From: a virus
IMG/VR virus record: IMGVR_UViG_3300045988_182866
Reading direction: 5' to 3' (one strand)
DNA: 64,000 nucleotides
Shown: positions 9,228 to 16,821 of the stretch, in pieces
Position numbering within the stretch: the first letter of the stretch is position 1
Layout of the letters: every line of letters begins with the position of its first letter
Made by a program: the position numbers and the translations under genes
Notes under the pieces: model-generated
Told to the model about the DNA's origin: nothing
What the model saw: the letters and a program-made list of their open reading frames with translations, nothing else
Databases searched by the model: none

Positions 9228-10712
9228 TTAAATGGTGATTACTTTATAACGTTCAGAATTAATAACAGACTCCATAAATTGTTCAGGATTTTTGCCCTGA
9301 AGAATCAGTTCAAACATTCCGGGCTTGCAGCCGTTAATAATAATTGCTCCTTCATCATTCTTAGTGACAGGCTGGTTGGCCTTGTAATCGGCAGCAACAT
9401 TCCAGTAAACAAGCTTAGGACATTCATATTCTGAATTCCTAAACACTTTCTTGATGGAATTCATTACATGCTCCGGCCATCTTTGCTGGTCAAACTGCAT
9501 GTCAGAAATAACAACAATTACCTCAGGCATTTCTTCCTTAGGAATATGATGCTTAATTGCAGTGTTAAGAACCAATTCAAATACGGCATAAAGGTTAGTA
9601 CTTAAACCTTGACGAGGATTATCCTCAATATTGGTAACCTTTCGCTTAATTTTATCTTCTGGATTTAAATTAACCAGATAAGGTTCAGAGGAAAAGGTAA
9701 TGAACTTATTCTGAAATACTCCCATATTACGTTCGGCAATATAAAGGCCGAGAGAAATAGAACAGTTCATTGGAAGTTCTTCATGACAAGTCATGGATCC
9801 AGAAACATCAACTACTGCAAGCCAGTTTGCATGGTCTTCCTCTCCAAAATAATTCGGAAGGGCTTTCCACATTTGATCCATCAATGCCAATTCCTTATCA
9901 TCATAAGTATGACGAACTTTTCGTACAATCTCATAAGGATAAAGAGTTTTAGAATTTACTTTAGCTTTACCATTTGCAAGTGAATTAAGATATTCTGTAT
10001 ATCTGTCATTATCATTTCGAGCAAATGCTTTTCGATACTTTAAAGCAGCTTGGCCCGGAACTTGGGAATAATCAAATTCATACTCTTTCTTAGAAAGATG
10101 AGACTCAATAATATTGATGGCCTTACGAAGACGAGAAAGCATTTTTCGATAAGATTTTTCATCCATTCCAAATACTTCTCGACGAATCTTATTTGCAATC
10201 GCCTTAGTATGTTTAGAAGACGTATTGCAAGAAGGAAGCCATTTCGCACAAAGAGAAATATCAGAACTACCTTTATCAAGCTTTTGAATATCTTCATTAA
10301 TTTGAAATTTAATAATTTCAGCAATATGATTACTGATACTTCTTTCGATTCCGTAAAGAGCAATCAAATCATCCCAACGTCCGTAAAACGGAATAAAACG
10401 AAGAACTTTACAAATAGTTTTAGGATCAATATCAATAAGTTCTTTCATTCCTTCTCGAAAGATATTTCTTTCACCTTGTCCGCCATTACCTCGAATATCC
10501 CGAAAATAAAAAAGAATACGAATACAAAAAAGCTTATCTTCAGAGTATGCCTTTCGAACAAGAGATTTCAAACGCTTAGAATCTGAGCGACAAGATGCAC
10601 CAGAAGCAAATAAATCAAGAAGACTGTCAAGAGTAGACTTGTATGCTGGACAACCGTTTTCAGTTTCTGTACTATTATTTTCCACTGTCATTGCTTTAAA
10701 AAGTTCACTCAT
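9228..10712 (-). CDS. von Willebrand factor A domain protein, Ro60/TROVE-like architecture
   Basis: C-terminal vWA with MIDAS motif VVDVSGSM.., helical N-terminal ~300 aa with YFRDIRGNGGQGER; overall layout as in Ro60/Rsr. Confidence 0.6.
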   Translation of the reverse strand: MSELFKAMTVENNSTETENGCPAYKSTLDSLLDLFASGASCRSDSKRLKSLVRKAYSEDKLFCIRILFYFRDIRGNGGQGERNIFREGMKELIDIDPKTICKVLRFIPFYGRWDDLIALYGIERSISNHIAEIIKFQINEDIQKLDKGSSDISLCAKWLPSCNTSSKHTKAIANKIRREVFGMDEKSYRKMLSRLRKAINIIESHLSKKEYEFDYSQVPGQAALKYRKAFARNDNDRYTEYLNSLANGKAKVNSKTLYPYEIVRKVRHTYDDKELALMDQMWKALPNYFGEEDHANWLAVVDVSGSMTCHEELPMNCSISLGLYIAERNMGVFQNKFITFSSEPYLVNLNPEDKIKRKVTNIEDNPRQGLSTNLYAVFELVLNTAIKHHIPKEEMPEVIVVISDMQFDQQRWPEHVMNSIKKVFRNSEYECPKLVYWNVAADYKANQPVTKNDEGAIIINGCKPGMFELILQGKNPEQFMESVINSERYKVITI

Positions 10713-10767
10713 ATTGATATTATTTGTTATTTCTTAATATCAAAAGGTGCTTTGTACTAAAAGTAAA

Positions 10768-10808
10768 AAGCTCAACAATACATACATGTGAAGTATTGTT
10801 GAGCTTTA
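10768..10808 (-). terminator. rho-independent terminator
   Basis: 13-bp stem aagctcaacaata/tattgttgagctt followed on minus strand by TTTTTACTTTT; ends the tRNA-Glu transcription unit. Confidence 0.65.
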
Positions 10809-11142
10809 ATGGGAGAAACAAATCACTCTTTTTATTATGAAGAAATTAAAGGTGACTGATAAGGTCTTTAACATAAAGTTGGGCATCCTCAAAACCCTTT
10901 GATAATTTTATCAAATTATCTTCCGATATTAGTAACCCTCGGGATCGGTAATCATCAATGCAGCTTTCACCTAAGGTCGGCGATGATGACCTCCTTAGTC
11001 AAGGAACCGTTATCAAGTAATTCCTGCCTGCTTTATATAACATCTGGTTATACGCATCATTTACCAGACTCTAGTAAAGAGAGGCGCCAGATTTTGATTT
11101 TAACCTTGATAATATTTTTGCCAAAGATAAATCTTTGTTACT

Positions 11143-11180
11143 GGAAACAACCACGTAGAGGTATATTACCGTATGTTTCC
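11143..11180 (-). ncRNA. conserved tRNA 3'-trailer hairpin element (ACCACGTRGAGG family)
   Basis: stem GGAAACA/TGTTTCC abutting tRNA-Glu 3' end; homologous to element at 16471..16531. Confidence 0.4.
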
Positions 11181-11253
11181 TATTGCCATCGAGATTCGAA
11201 CTCGAGATAGCCGGTAGAAAGCCGGCTGTGATAAACCACTTCACTATGGCAAC
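11181..11253 (-). tRNA. tRNA-Glu (anticodon TTC)
   Basis: cloverleaf read by eye: acceptor GTTGCCA/TGGCAAT, D-arm GTGA-AGTGGTTTA-TCAC, anticodon loop CTTTCTA, T-arm TCGAG-TTCGAAT-CTCGA; no encoded CCA. Confidence 0.8.
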
Positions 11254-11401
11254 ATATCAAGACTCAGCGGATTTGTTTTAAAAGAACAATGCTTAATGAT
11301 TGCTGTTTGAGTCTTTCAAAGAATTTAAATTTTCTTATTAGAGAATTGTTGGAGTATTGGGCATTTACAATCCAATTTTTATAGCAACTGGCCTACCAGT
11401 C

Positions 11402-11620
11402 TCAGGATTTCTTACGAACAAGAAACTTACGCGATTCTCGGAGAGTTTTAAACTCATTCATCCTTTGCCGATTAAAATTGAGACGACGAAGACCCTCATC
11501 ATACTGCTCCTCAAACGATTTTTCACTCTTAATTTCTTCCAGATTCTTAATCGTTTTTACGTCAAGCATCGTTCCAATTCGCATAATATTTCCTTTCGTA
11601 TTTTCGTTATTACTTAACAA
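11402..11620 (-). CDS. small charged hypothetical protein (TTG or internal ATG start)
   Basis: 72-aa ORF with protein-like composition. Confidence 0.3.
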   Translation of the reverse strand: MLSNNENTKGNIMRIGTMLDVKTIKNLEEIKSEKSFEEQYDEGLRRLNFNRQRMNEFKTLRESRKFLVRKKS

Positions 11621-11765
11621 CTTGTTACATTTTTATTATATTTTTTACCTTTATTTTTAAAGGTGATTTGAAATAATGGAGCAGACAAGTAAGATTTGCA
11701 CTTACAACTTTCTACTGGAATGTAGAATGACTTACTATTAAATCGATTGTCGCTTTTAAAAACTT

Positions 11766-11793
11766 GGTGCACCTACCGGGATTCGAACCCGGA
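11766..11793 (-). ncRNA. tRNA 3'-half-like fragment (T-arm + acceptor 3' strand + encoded CCA)
   Basis: minus strand reads CCGGG-TTCGAAT-CCCGG-TAGGTGC-A-CCA; no matching 5' acceptor/D/anticodon arms upstream. Confidence 0.35.
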
Positions 11794-12072
11794 CGTCTTT
11801 AAGACAATGGATTTTCATACTACTATTAGTTTCCTAATCCAATATTATTTTTTATATTGTTGTAGTCTGGACTATATCTTCATCTGTTCTAGATGTAACG
11901 TACATAGTCTCTGAACCTTCCTCATATTATTTCTAACTTAGAGGCTCGGCTGCTGATTGACCAATTTCCTATAGTTTTAAAACTTTCGCATCCGTTGTTT
12001 CCAACCATGTTGTAGTCATAGGAACTTTAAGGTTATCCCAGCAATTCTCGTTATTCTCATTCTTAGATCCCT

Positions 12073-12561
12073 CTAAGATGACTCCTTTGTTTTGTTTTTA
12101 GAACGATATGTATCAGTTTGAGCATGACAATTTGGACAAATCATTTCTAAATTTTCTAATCTATGGTCATAACTTACACCATTTTTATGGTGCAATTCCA
12201 TATTAAGAGGTTTTCCATTCCATTCAGTTATACCACATTTATCACATTTATTTTCTTTATAACCATAACGTAATAAATATAGTTTTACTTTATATGTTTG
12301 ATATGAAGGTCTTTTACCTTCTAAAAGATCTTTTAAATCATTTTCCGTAAAATAATTTGGATTTGACTTTTTAAGACCTTTAGCCCCTTGATTAGGTTTA
12401 TAACAATTAAACTTTTCAGCCCAACGTTTAAATGTTGAAAACTGCATATTCAATGTTATACATGCTTGTCGCATTGTTAAGCTCTCATTGACAACTTTTA
12501 TAAAGTATTCTTTATCGATCTTTTTCATGTTAAAGTTATTTAACATGAAATTGACAAACAC
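12073..12561 (-). CDS. HNH homing endonuclease
   Basis: CDKCGITEW..ELHHKNG..N..ICPNCH HNH/zinc motif, N-terminal HTH-like region; embedded in tRNA island. Confidence 0.8.
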   Translation of the reverse strand: MFVNFMLNNFNMKKIDKEYFIKVVNESLTMRQACITLNMQFSTFKRWAEKFNCYKPNQGAKGLKKSNPNYFTENDLKDLLEGKRPSYQTYKVKLYLLRYGYKENKCDKCGITEWNGKPLNMELHHKNGVSYDHRLENLEMICPNCHAQTDTYRSKNKTKESS

Positions 12562-12787
12562 TTTAAATAAAGTCCACAGCGTCTACCTATTCCGCCACAA
12601 GTGCTTGTGCGCTAGATACATTAATTATTAAGAATTAATTCTTAATACCTGGAATCGAACCAGGAATATCCATGTATAAATTATTGCTGTATGTATCTTA
12701 CATAAAACTAGACTCATTTTTTATTATATACACCAATAATATTTTAATTTGCTGTACGAGTCTATAAAATCTTTATAACTAACTAAG

Positions 12788-12880
12788 CACCAAAGGTTTG
12801 ACTCGAACAAGCAACTAACAACTAACAACTAACGAGTAACGAGTTAACAGCTTGCCCCTCTACTATTGAGGTACTTTGGT
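12788..12880 (-). tRNA. tRNA-like gene, possibly tRNA-Asn(GTT) with ~27-nt repeat-expanded variable arm
   Basis: acceptor ACCAAAG/CTTTGGT, D-arm CCTC-AATAGTA-GAGG, anticodon loop CTGTTAA, T-arm GCTTG-TTCGAGT-CAAAC (one mismatch); variable region built of GTTAGTT heptamer repeats. Confidence 0.35.
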
Positions 12881-12890
12881 ATTCAATTAA

Positions 12891-12942
12891 TTATCTGATT
12901 TGAGGAAATCTTTATCTTTATTAATTTCCTCAAATCAGATAA
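12891..12942. repeat. 19-bp inverted repeat / long hairpin
   Basis: ttatctgatttgaggaaat ... atttcctcaaatcagataa with 14-nt loop. Confidence 0.6.
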
Positions 12943-13238
12943 CTAATCAAAACTAGTTATTTGATTTATTACTTTGCATCAAAACAATTTTAATTCAATT
13001 ATCCGTCCTTCACAGGATTGATTTTTTTTTTGAATATTTCATTCGAAAAATTAGTTTCGCTCTTGGCTACTTATGCTCATCGCCGCGTAAAGGCTTTTTC
13101 GATGATGAACTGGTTGCAGCGGGCGGACATGCTCCGCTTAAGAGATGCTTATGAGACATCTGAGGCTACTAATACCTCTTTACTTTCCTGCTGCGATTTT
13201 CTGAGCAGTTTAAAATCTTGCTCAGGATTCTGAATTAT

Positions 13239-13358
13239 TTACTTACCTTTCTGAACCTTAATTACAGGAGGCTGATTAACAGTTTGTTGCTGTTGCTGAG
13301 AGCAAGAAGCTGTCAAACAAATTACAGAAGCGGTAAGAAGAATTGCAATGTTTTTCAT
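13239..13358 (-). CDS. small lipoprotein (39 aa)
   Basis: MKNIAILLTASVICLTASCS signal peptide with lipobox-like LTASC; below 60-aa ORF track cutoff. Confidence 0.4.
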   Translation of the reverse strand: MKNIAILLTASVICLTASCSQQQQQTVNQPPVIKVQKGK

Positions 13359-13401
13359 GATTTTATAATATTTTTTATCTTATTTTTTGTAGGTGCTCAA
13401 A

Positions 13402-13656
13402 TCAAATATATGAGTTTTGATATTTAATTGAATTGCGGAATTTTTTATCAGGATATTCTTTAATAAATCCTTCAGCAATTTTATCATCCCATATAGGTCT
13501 TTGACTAAATTTAGCACGAATATTGGGTTGATCCTTGGCCTTATATTCCCGATACCATTTTATGTTGTTTCGAGTTTTATAAATCCAAAATACTTTTCTG
13601 CTGTCAAGTTTATAACAAAACTTGTCCGGTATATTTTTTCTATATGATCTGCTCAT
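13402..13656 (-). CDS. basic hypothetical protein
   Basis: 84 aa, K/R/Y-rich. Confidence 0.4.
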   Translation of the reverse strand: MSRSYRKNIPDKFCYKLDSRKVFWIYKTRNNIKWYREYKAKDQPNIRAKFSQRPIWDDKIAEGFIKEYPDKKFRNSIKYQNSYI

Positions 13657-13674
13657 AGCTTTCTAGGATTGTAC

Positions 13675-14801
13675 CTAGAAAGCATTACGATAATTATTGT
13701 TCATATTAAAGATGTCTGCAATATTATTATCAACACTAGTTGCTTGAACACACTCAAGCAAAATATTTTCTTTCTCTACTTTATATACTAAACGATCAAT
13801 TCCATTTTCAATGAGATCATTCGGACCAAATACGATATGTTTCCATTCATAGTCATCATTAGAACCTTTTAACCGTTTAGCAATTCGAAGCGGATTAGTA
13901 GTAAACAAATTAATCGGTTCAGGACTAATATCGGTTTTAGTTATATATTCAAACTTATTGCCTGCCTGGGGAATAACTTTAATTCTATAATTGCAAGGTC
14001 TAAATTCAATGTTAATATCATTGATTATCTTATCTAGAGTTGTTTCGTAAAGATTACATTCTTCAGTAAGAGCCTGGAGAACATCAAAACTAAAGTTAAG
14101 AATAGATTTTGAAGTTTTTATAAATTGAGAAATATTAGTATCAATTTGTACTTTCAAATTATCTTTAAGATATTCTTGAATTACTTCGGAAGAAAGTGAA
14201 TCAAATTTAAAATGATAAAAGATTCTGCCAGGTCGGGAAAGGAAAAATTGATTAATCTTATAAAGATTATTACAAGAAAAAAGATAAAGATTCTTATTTT
14301 CATTTATCCCGTCCAAAAGACCGAGCAATCCAAATTGGTTTTCTTTTCCTGAATCCATTTCGCAATCATCTGTATTTTCATAGCTGAATTTATCAAATTC
14401 ATCAAAAATACAAACAACTTTTTCGTCAATCTTTTTAATAAAATCAGAAAACTTATTTAGGTTAATTTCTGATTAACAAGGATAACAGGAATATTATCCT
14501 CAATAGCTCTTTCAATACAAAGCTTAATCAAAAGGCTTTTTCCAGTTCCTTTCAGTCCGGACAATAGCACGCCGAGATTTTTATCCCTAGATTCATAAGT
14601 CTTAAAAATCCTTTGAACCTTATTATTCAAATCTCCATAAATCTTCCTATTGTTGAAAATAAAATTATGTTCTTTTAAGAACATTTGTCCCTGAGGACCT
14701 GCATTTATTGTATAAATTTTAGCCGGGAGATTCTTTAAAATAGTAATACAGTTTTCAGAAAGAACATCAACTGTATCATTGTTAATGATATAATTAGACA
14801 T
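13675..14801 (-). CDS. AAA+ ATPase, interrupted by a frameshift near 14455-14470
   Basis: Walker A GLKGTGKS in ORF 14457..14801; Walker B CIFDEFDK about 53 aa later but in the -1/+1 frame continuing into ORF 13675..14358. Confidence 0.55.
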
Positions 14802-15219
14802 TATATTTTAGATAATAAGAATAATAAAAAGATTTTTGGAATAAACAACCGCCTATTGCAGTTGAATGAGATACAAGCTCATAACCTTTTTTAATTAGAA
14901 AAGAAATAACTTCATTTAATATTTCCTCAAATATTTCTTTATCATGCTCTCTTTCATTTCGAAGAGTAAAGAATAAAAATTTAGGCCGTATAACATATTC
15001 CGGTAAAGAATAATCCTCAATAATAAAATAACCGGTTTTAGGCAATTCTTTAGTATAGCGATCTATTTTTAGATCAATTTGATCAAGAATATATTTGAGA
15101 CAATTAGACTTTTTAATTCTATATTTCTCAATATCAAGAGCTACTTTAAATCGTTTCTTTTCTTCTTTAAGCCTTTGTTTAAGAAAAGTTTTATATTCAT
15201 TTTTGTTAAACCAGCTCAT
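14794..15219 (-). CDS. hypothetical protein
   Basis: 141-aa ORF. Confidence 0.45.
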   Translation of the reverse strand: MSWFNKNEYKTFLKQRLKEEKKRFKVALDIEKYRIKKSNCLKYILDQIDLKIDRYTKELPKTGYFIIEDYSLPEYVIRPKFLFFTLRNEREHDKEIFEEILNEVISFLIKKGYELVSHSTAIGGCLFQKSFYYSYYLKYNV

Positions 15220-15523
15220 TGATTGATGCTTCTTTATAAAAGTTAGAAAGGATAAGAGTTATAATGAAAGGTTCTCCTTTACTCAATTCAATGTCATATT
15301 CAATGCCATTATTATCTTCTTCCCAAATAATATGAAGCTCATCGTTAAACACAACTGTTTCAATATTTTTAATGAGCAGCATATTTTTTACCTTTTGAGT
15401 AAGGTCAAACATTGATCCATCAAATTCAATGATTTTTCCTCCTATAAGGCAATCTTTAATAGTATCTTCATTGCCATGAGATACATGAAGATAAAATGGA
15501 ACTGAAACTGCAAAATTACTCAT
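15206..15523 (-). CDS. hypothetical protein
   Basis: 105-aa ORF. Confidence 0.45.
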   Translation of the reverse strand: MSNFAVSVPFYLHVSHGNEDTIKDCLIGGKIIEFDGSMFDLTQKVKNMLLIKNIETVVFNDELHIIWEEDNNGIEYDIELSKGEPFIITLILSNFYKEASINELV

Positions 15524-15576
15524 AAAAATATTATGAGATAAATCTTATAACTTAAAGGTGTTTAAGAAATAAATGG

Positions 15577-15648
15577 AAGAGTTGCTGGGGTACGATCCCA
15601 GAATAGGAGAGTCAAAGTCTCCTGTGTTGCCAATTACACTACAACTCT
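15577..15648 (-). tRNA. tRNA-Gln (anticodon TTG)
   Basis: perfect 7-bp acceptor AGAGTTG/CAACTCT, D-arm GTGT-AATTGGCA-ACAC, anticodon arm GGAGA-CTTTGAC-TCTCC, T-arm CTGGG-ATCGTAC-CCCAG (atypical T-loop). Confidence 0.5.
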
Positions 15649-15657
15649 ATTTGTTGG

Positions 15658-15729
15658 AGGCTTCAATCGGTTATGCTCCGATGTTACCGGGTTACAAATC
15701 CGGGGTTTTACTGATTAAACTATAAAGCC
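15658..15729 (-). tRNA. tRNA candidate, anticodon TGT (Thr), non-canonical D and T loops
   Basis: cloverleaf with acceptor GGCTTTA/TGAAGCC, anticodon loop TTTGTAA, T-stem ATCGG/CCGAT; packed between two tRNAs with 9- and 5-nt spacers. Confidence 0.4.
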
Positions 15730-15734
15730 GTTGG

Positions 15735-15805
15735 TACCTTGTATCGAAATCGAATCGATGACTTCTGAGTGGAAATCAGATGTTTTACCACTAAACTAAC
15801 AAGGC
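15735..15805 (-). tRNA. tRNA-Gly (anticodon TCC)
   Basis: acceptor GCCTTGT, D-arm GTTT-AGTGGTA-AAAC, anticodon arm TCTGA-TTTCCAC-TCAGA, T-arm ATCGA-TTCGATT-TCGAT. Confidence 0.7.
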
Positions 15806-15827
15806 ATTGGCAAGACACATTCTTTAT

Positions 15828-15882
15828 CTCTACCAATTGAGCTAGTATTCTCTTCTCAAGAATACTTGGGATTCGAACCCAA
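15828..15882 (-). ncRNA. rearranged tRNA-like element (T-arm, closed acceptor hairpin, D-arm-like motif in permuted order)
   Basis: minus strand reads TTGGG-TTCGAAT-CCCAA, GTATTCT-tgagaag-AGAATAC, TA-GCTCAATTGGTAGAG; no anticodon arm. Confidence 0.3.
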
Positions 15883-16015
15883 AACCGTTCATTTTTTAGA
15901 TGACTAAGAATAATTGCTGTTTGTGTCTTTTTTATGAGAAGACTTAGAGATATTAGTTTCATCCTTCCGGATTACTTGTGTTCATTACCACGTAAAGGTT
16001 TCTCTATCAATGAAC

Positions 16016-16087
16016 TCGGGTGCCAGAGGGTCGAACTCTGTTAATCATGCTCCCAAAGCATGCCCATAACCGTCCTGGCCACACCCG
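16016..16087 (-). tRNA. tRNA-Pro (anticodon TGG)
   Basis: acceptor CGGGTGT/GCACCCG, anticodon arm CATGC-TTTGGGA-GCATG, T-arm CAGAG-TTCGACC-CTCTG. Confidence 0.6.
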
Positions 16088-16470
16088 TTATACCGGTATT
16101 GTATGTCAGCTTCCTCAGAAGTACCGGGCTCCTATAGCTTCGTTAATCAGCTAAACGATTATTTCTTAACCCATCGTTCTAATGGTAATCAGTTCCAGCT
16201 CATTCTCTAACCACTAAACTGATAAGTCGTTGGTTAGGTAATTCTTTGTGACTAGCAAAGAAACACTATGTTCGATCTACAATTTTACTCATCACTATCG
16301 AGTCAACGGACTAATAGGCTAAGAGTGGGATCTTCGTATTTTTAATATGTCTATTTATGCGATTTTCGGAAAACCGTCCTATTTCCAAGGATAGACTTTA
16401 ATTCAACAGGCAATCATGTTTCCATGGGAAATTCAACCATTGAATCTTATAAGATTTTATCTTTAAAGAT

Positions 16471-16531
16471 GTAAGACTTAGCCAAAGTATTATCTTTGTT
16501 GCCCGGAATAAACCACGTGGAGGTGTCTTAC
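16471..16531 (-). ncRNA. conserved tRNA 3'-trailer hairpin element (ACCACGTGGAGG family)
   Basis: stem GTAAGAC/GTCTTAC enclosing CAAAGTATTATCTTTG hairpin and ACCACGTGGAGG; about 55 nt homologous to 11120..11180. Confidence 0.4.
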
Positions 16532-16539
16532 TTTATTCC

Positions 16540-16614
16540 TAGTCGTACTGGGAATCGAACCCAGAACCTCTCGCTTATAAGGCAAGTGCTCTCACCAATG
16601 TGAGCTATACGACA
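16540..16614 (-). tRNA. tRNA-Ile (anticodon TAT), 1-72 mismatch
   Basis: D-arm GCTC-ACATTGGTGA-GAGC, anticodon arm CTTGC-CTTATAA-GCGAG, T-arm CTGGG-TTCGATT-CCCAG, acceptor TGTCGTA/TACGACT. Confidence 0.55.
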
Positions 16615-16621
16615 ATTTTGG

Positions 16622-16704
16622 TTCATTGGGAGGGATTCGAACCCTCGAAATCTAAAGATGCCAAATTAAAAGTCTGGTGGTTTTAACCTCTTACCTACCA
16701 ATGA
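16622..16704 (-). tRNA. tRNA-Lys(TTT)-like with 14-nt variable arm
   Basis: acceptor TCATTGG/CCAATGA, anticodon arm CCAGA-CTTTTAA-TTTGG, T-arm GAGGG-TTCGAAT-CCCTC; unusually long variable region for Lys. Confidence 0.4.
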
Positions 16705-16821
16705 ATTAAAATTTATTAACTAGACACAATTACATAATTCAGTTATGGAACGAATATTTCTATTGCTGTGAGTGTCTAAAAAGTTTTTATAACTAATTTA
16801 ATTATTATTTTATTCTTATTT

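Noticed and set aside
10040-10586. Overlapping 107-aa and 178-aa ORFs
   Set aside because: Antisense or alternative frame inside the vWA gene.
10960-11010. Box C/D snoRNA-like motif (tgatga ... ctga-like) and a perfect TAAGGAGGT Shine-Dalgarno
   Set aside because: C/D snoRNAs are not expected in phage. The SD is followed only by an 8-codon ORF, so both are most likely chance matches within a structured ncRNA region.
10899-11210. 103-aa plus-strand ORF
   Set aside because: Overlaps tRNA-Glu and the GC-rich structured non-coding region. Composition is not protein-like, so it is likely spurious.
11766-11850. Full tRNA gene at the 11781 T-arm
   Set aside because: No 5' acceptor strand (GCACCTA), D-arm or anticodon arm could be found. 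Kept only as a tRNA 3'-fragment.
15577-15648. Reading this tRNA on the plus strand as tRNA-Leu(CAA)
   Set aside because: The plus-strand fold lacks a pairable T-arm. The minus-strand fold gives four perfect stems, which is tRNA-Gln.
15720-15962. 80-aa minus-strand ORF
   Set aside because: Runs straight through tRNA-Gly and the tRNA-like element, an artefact of low stop-codon density in GC-richer RNA genes.
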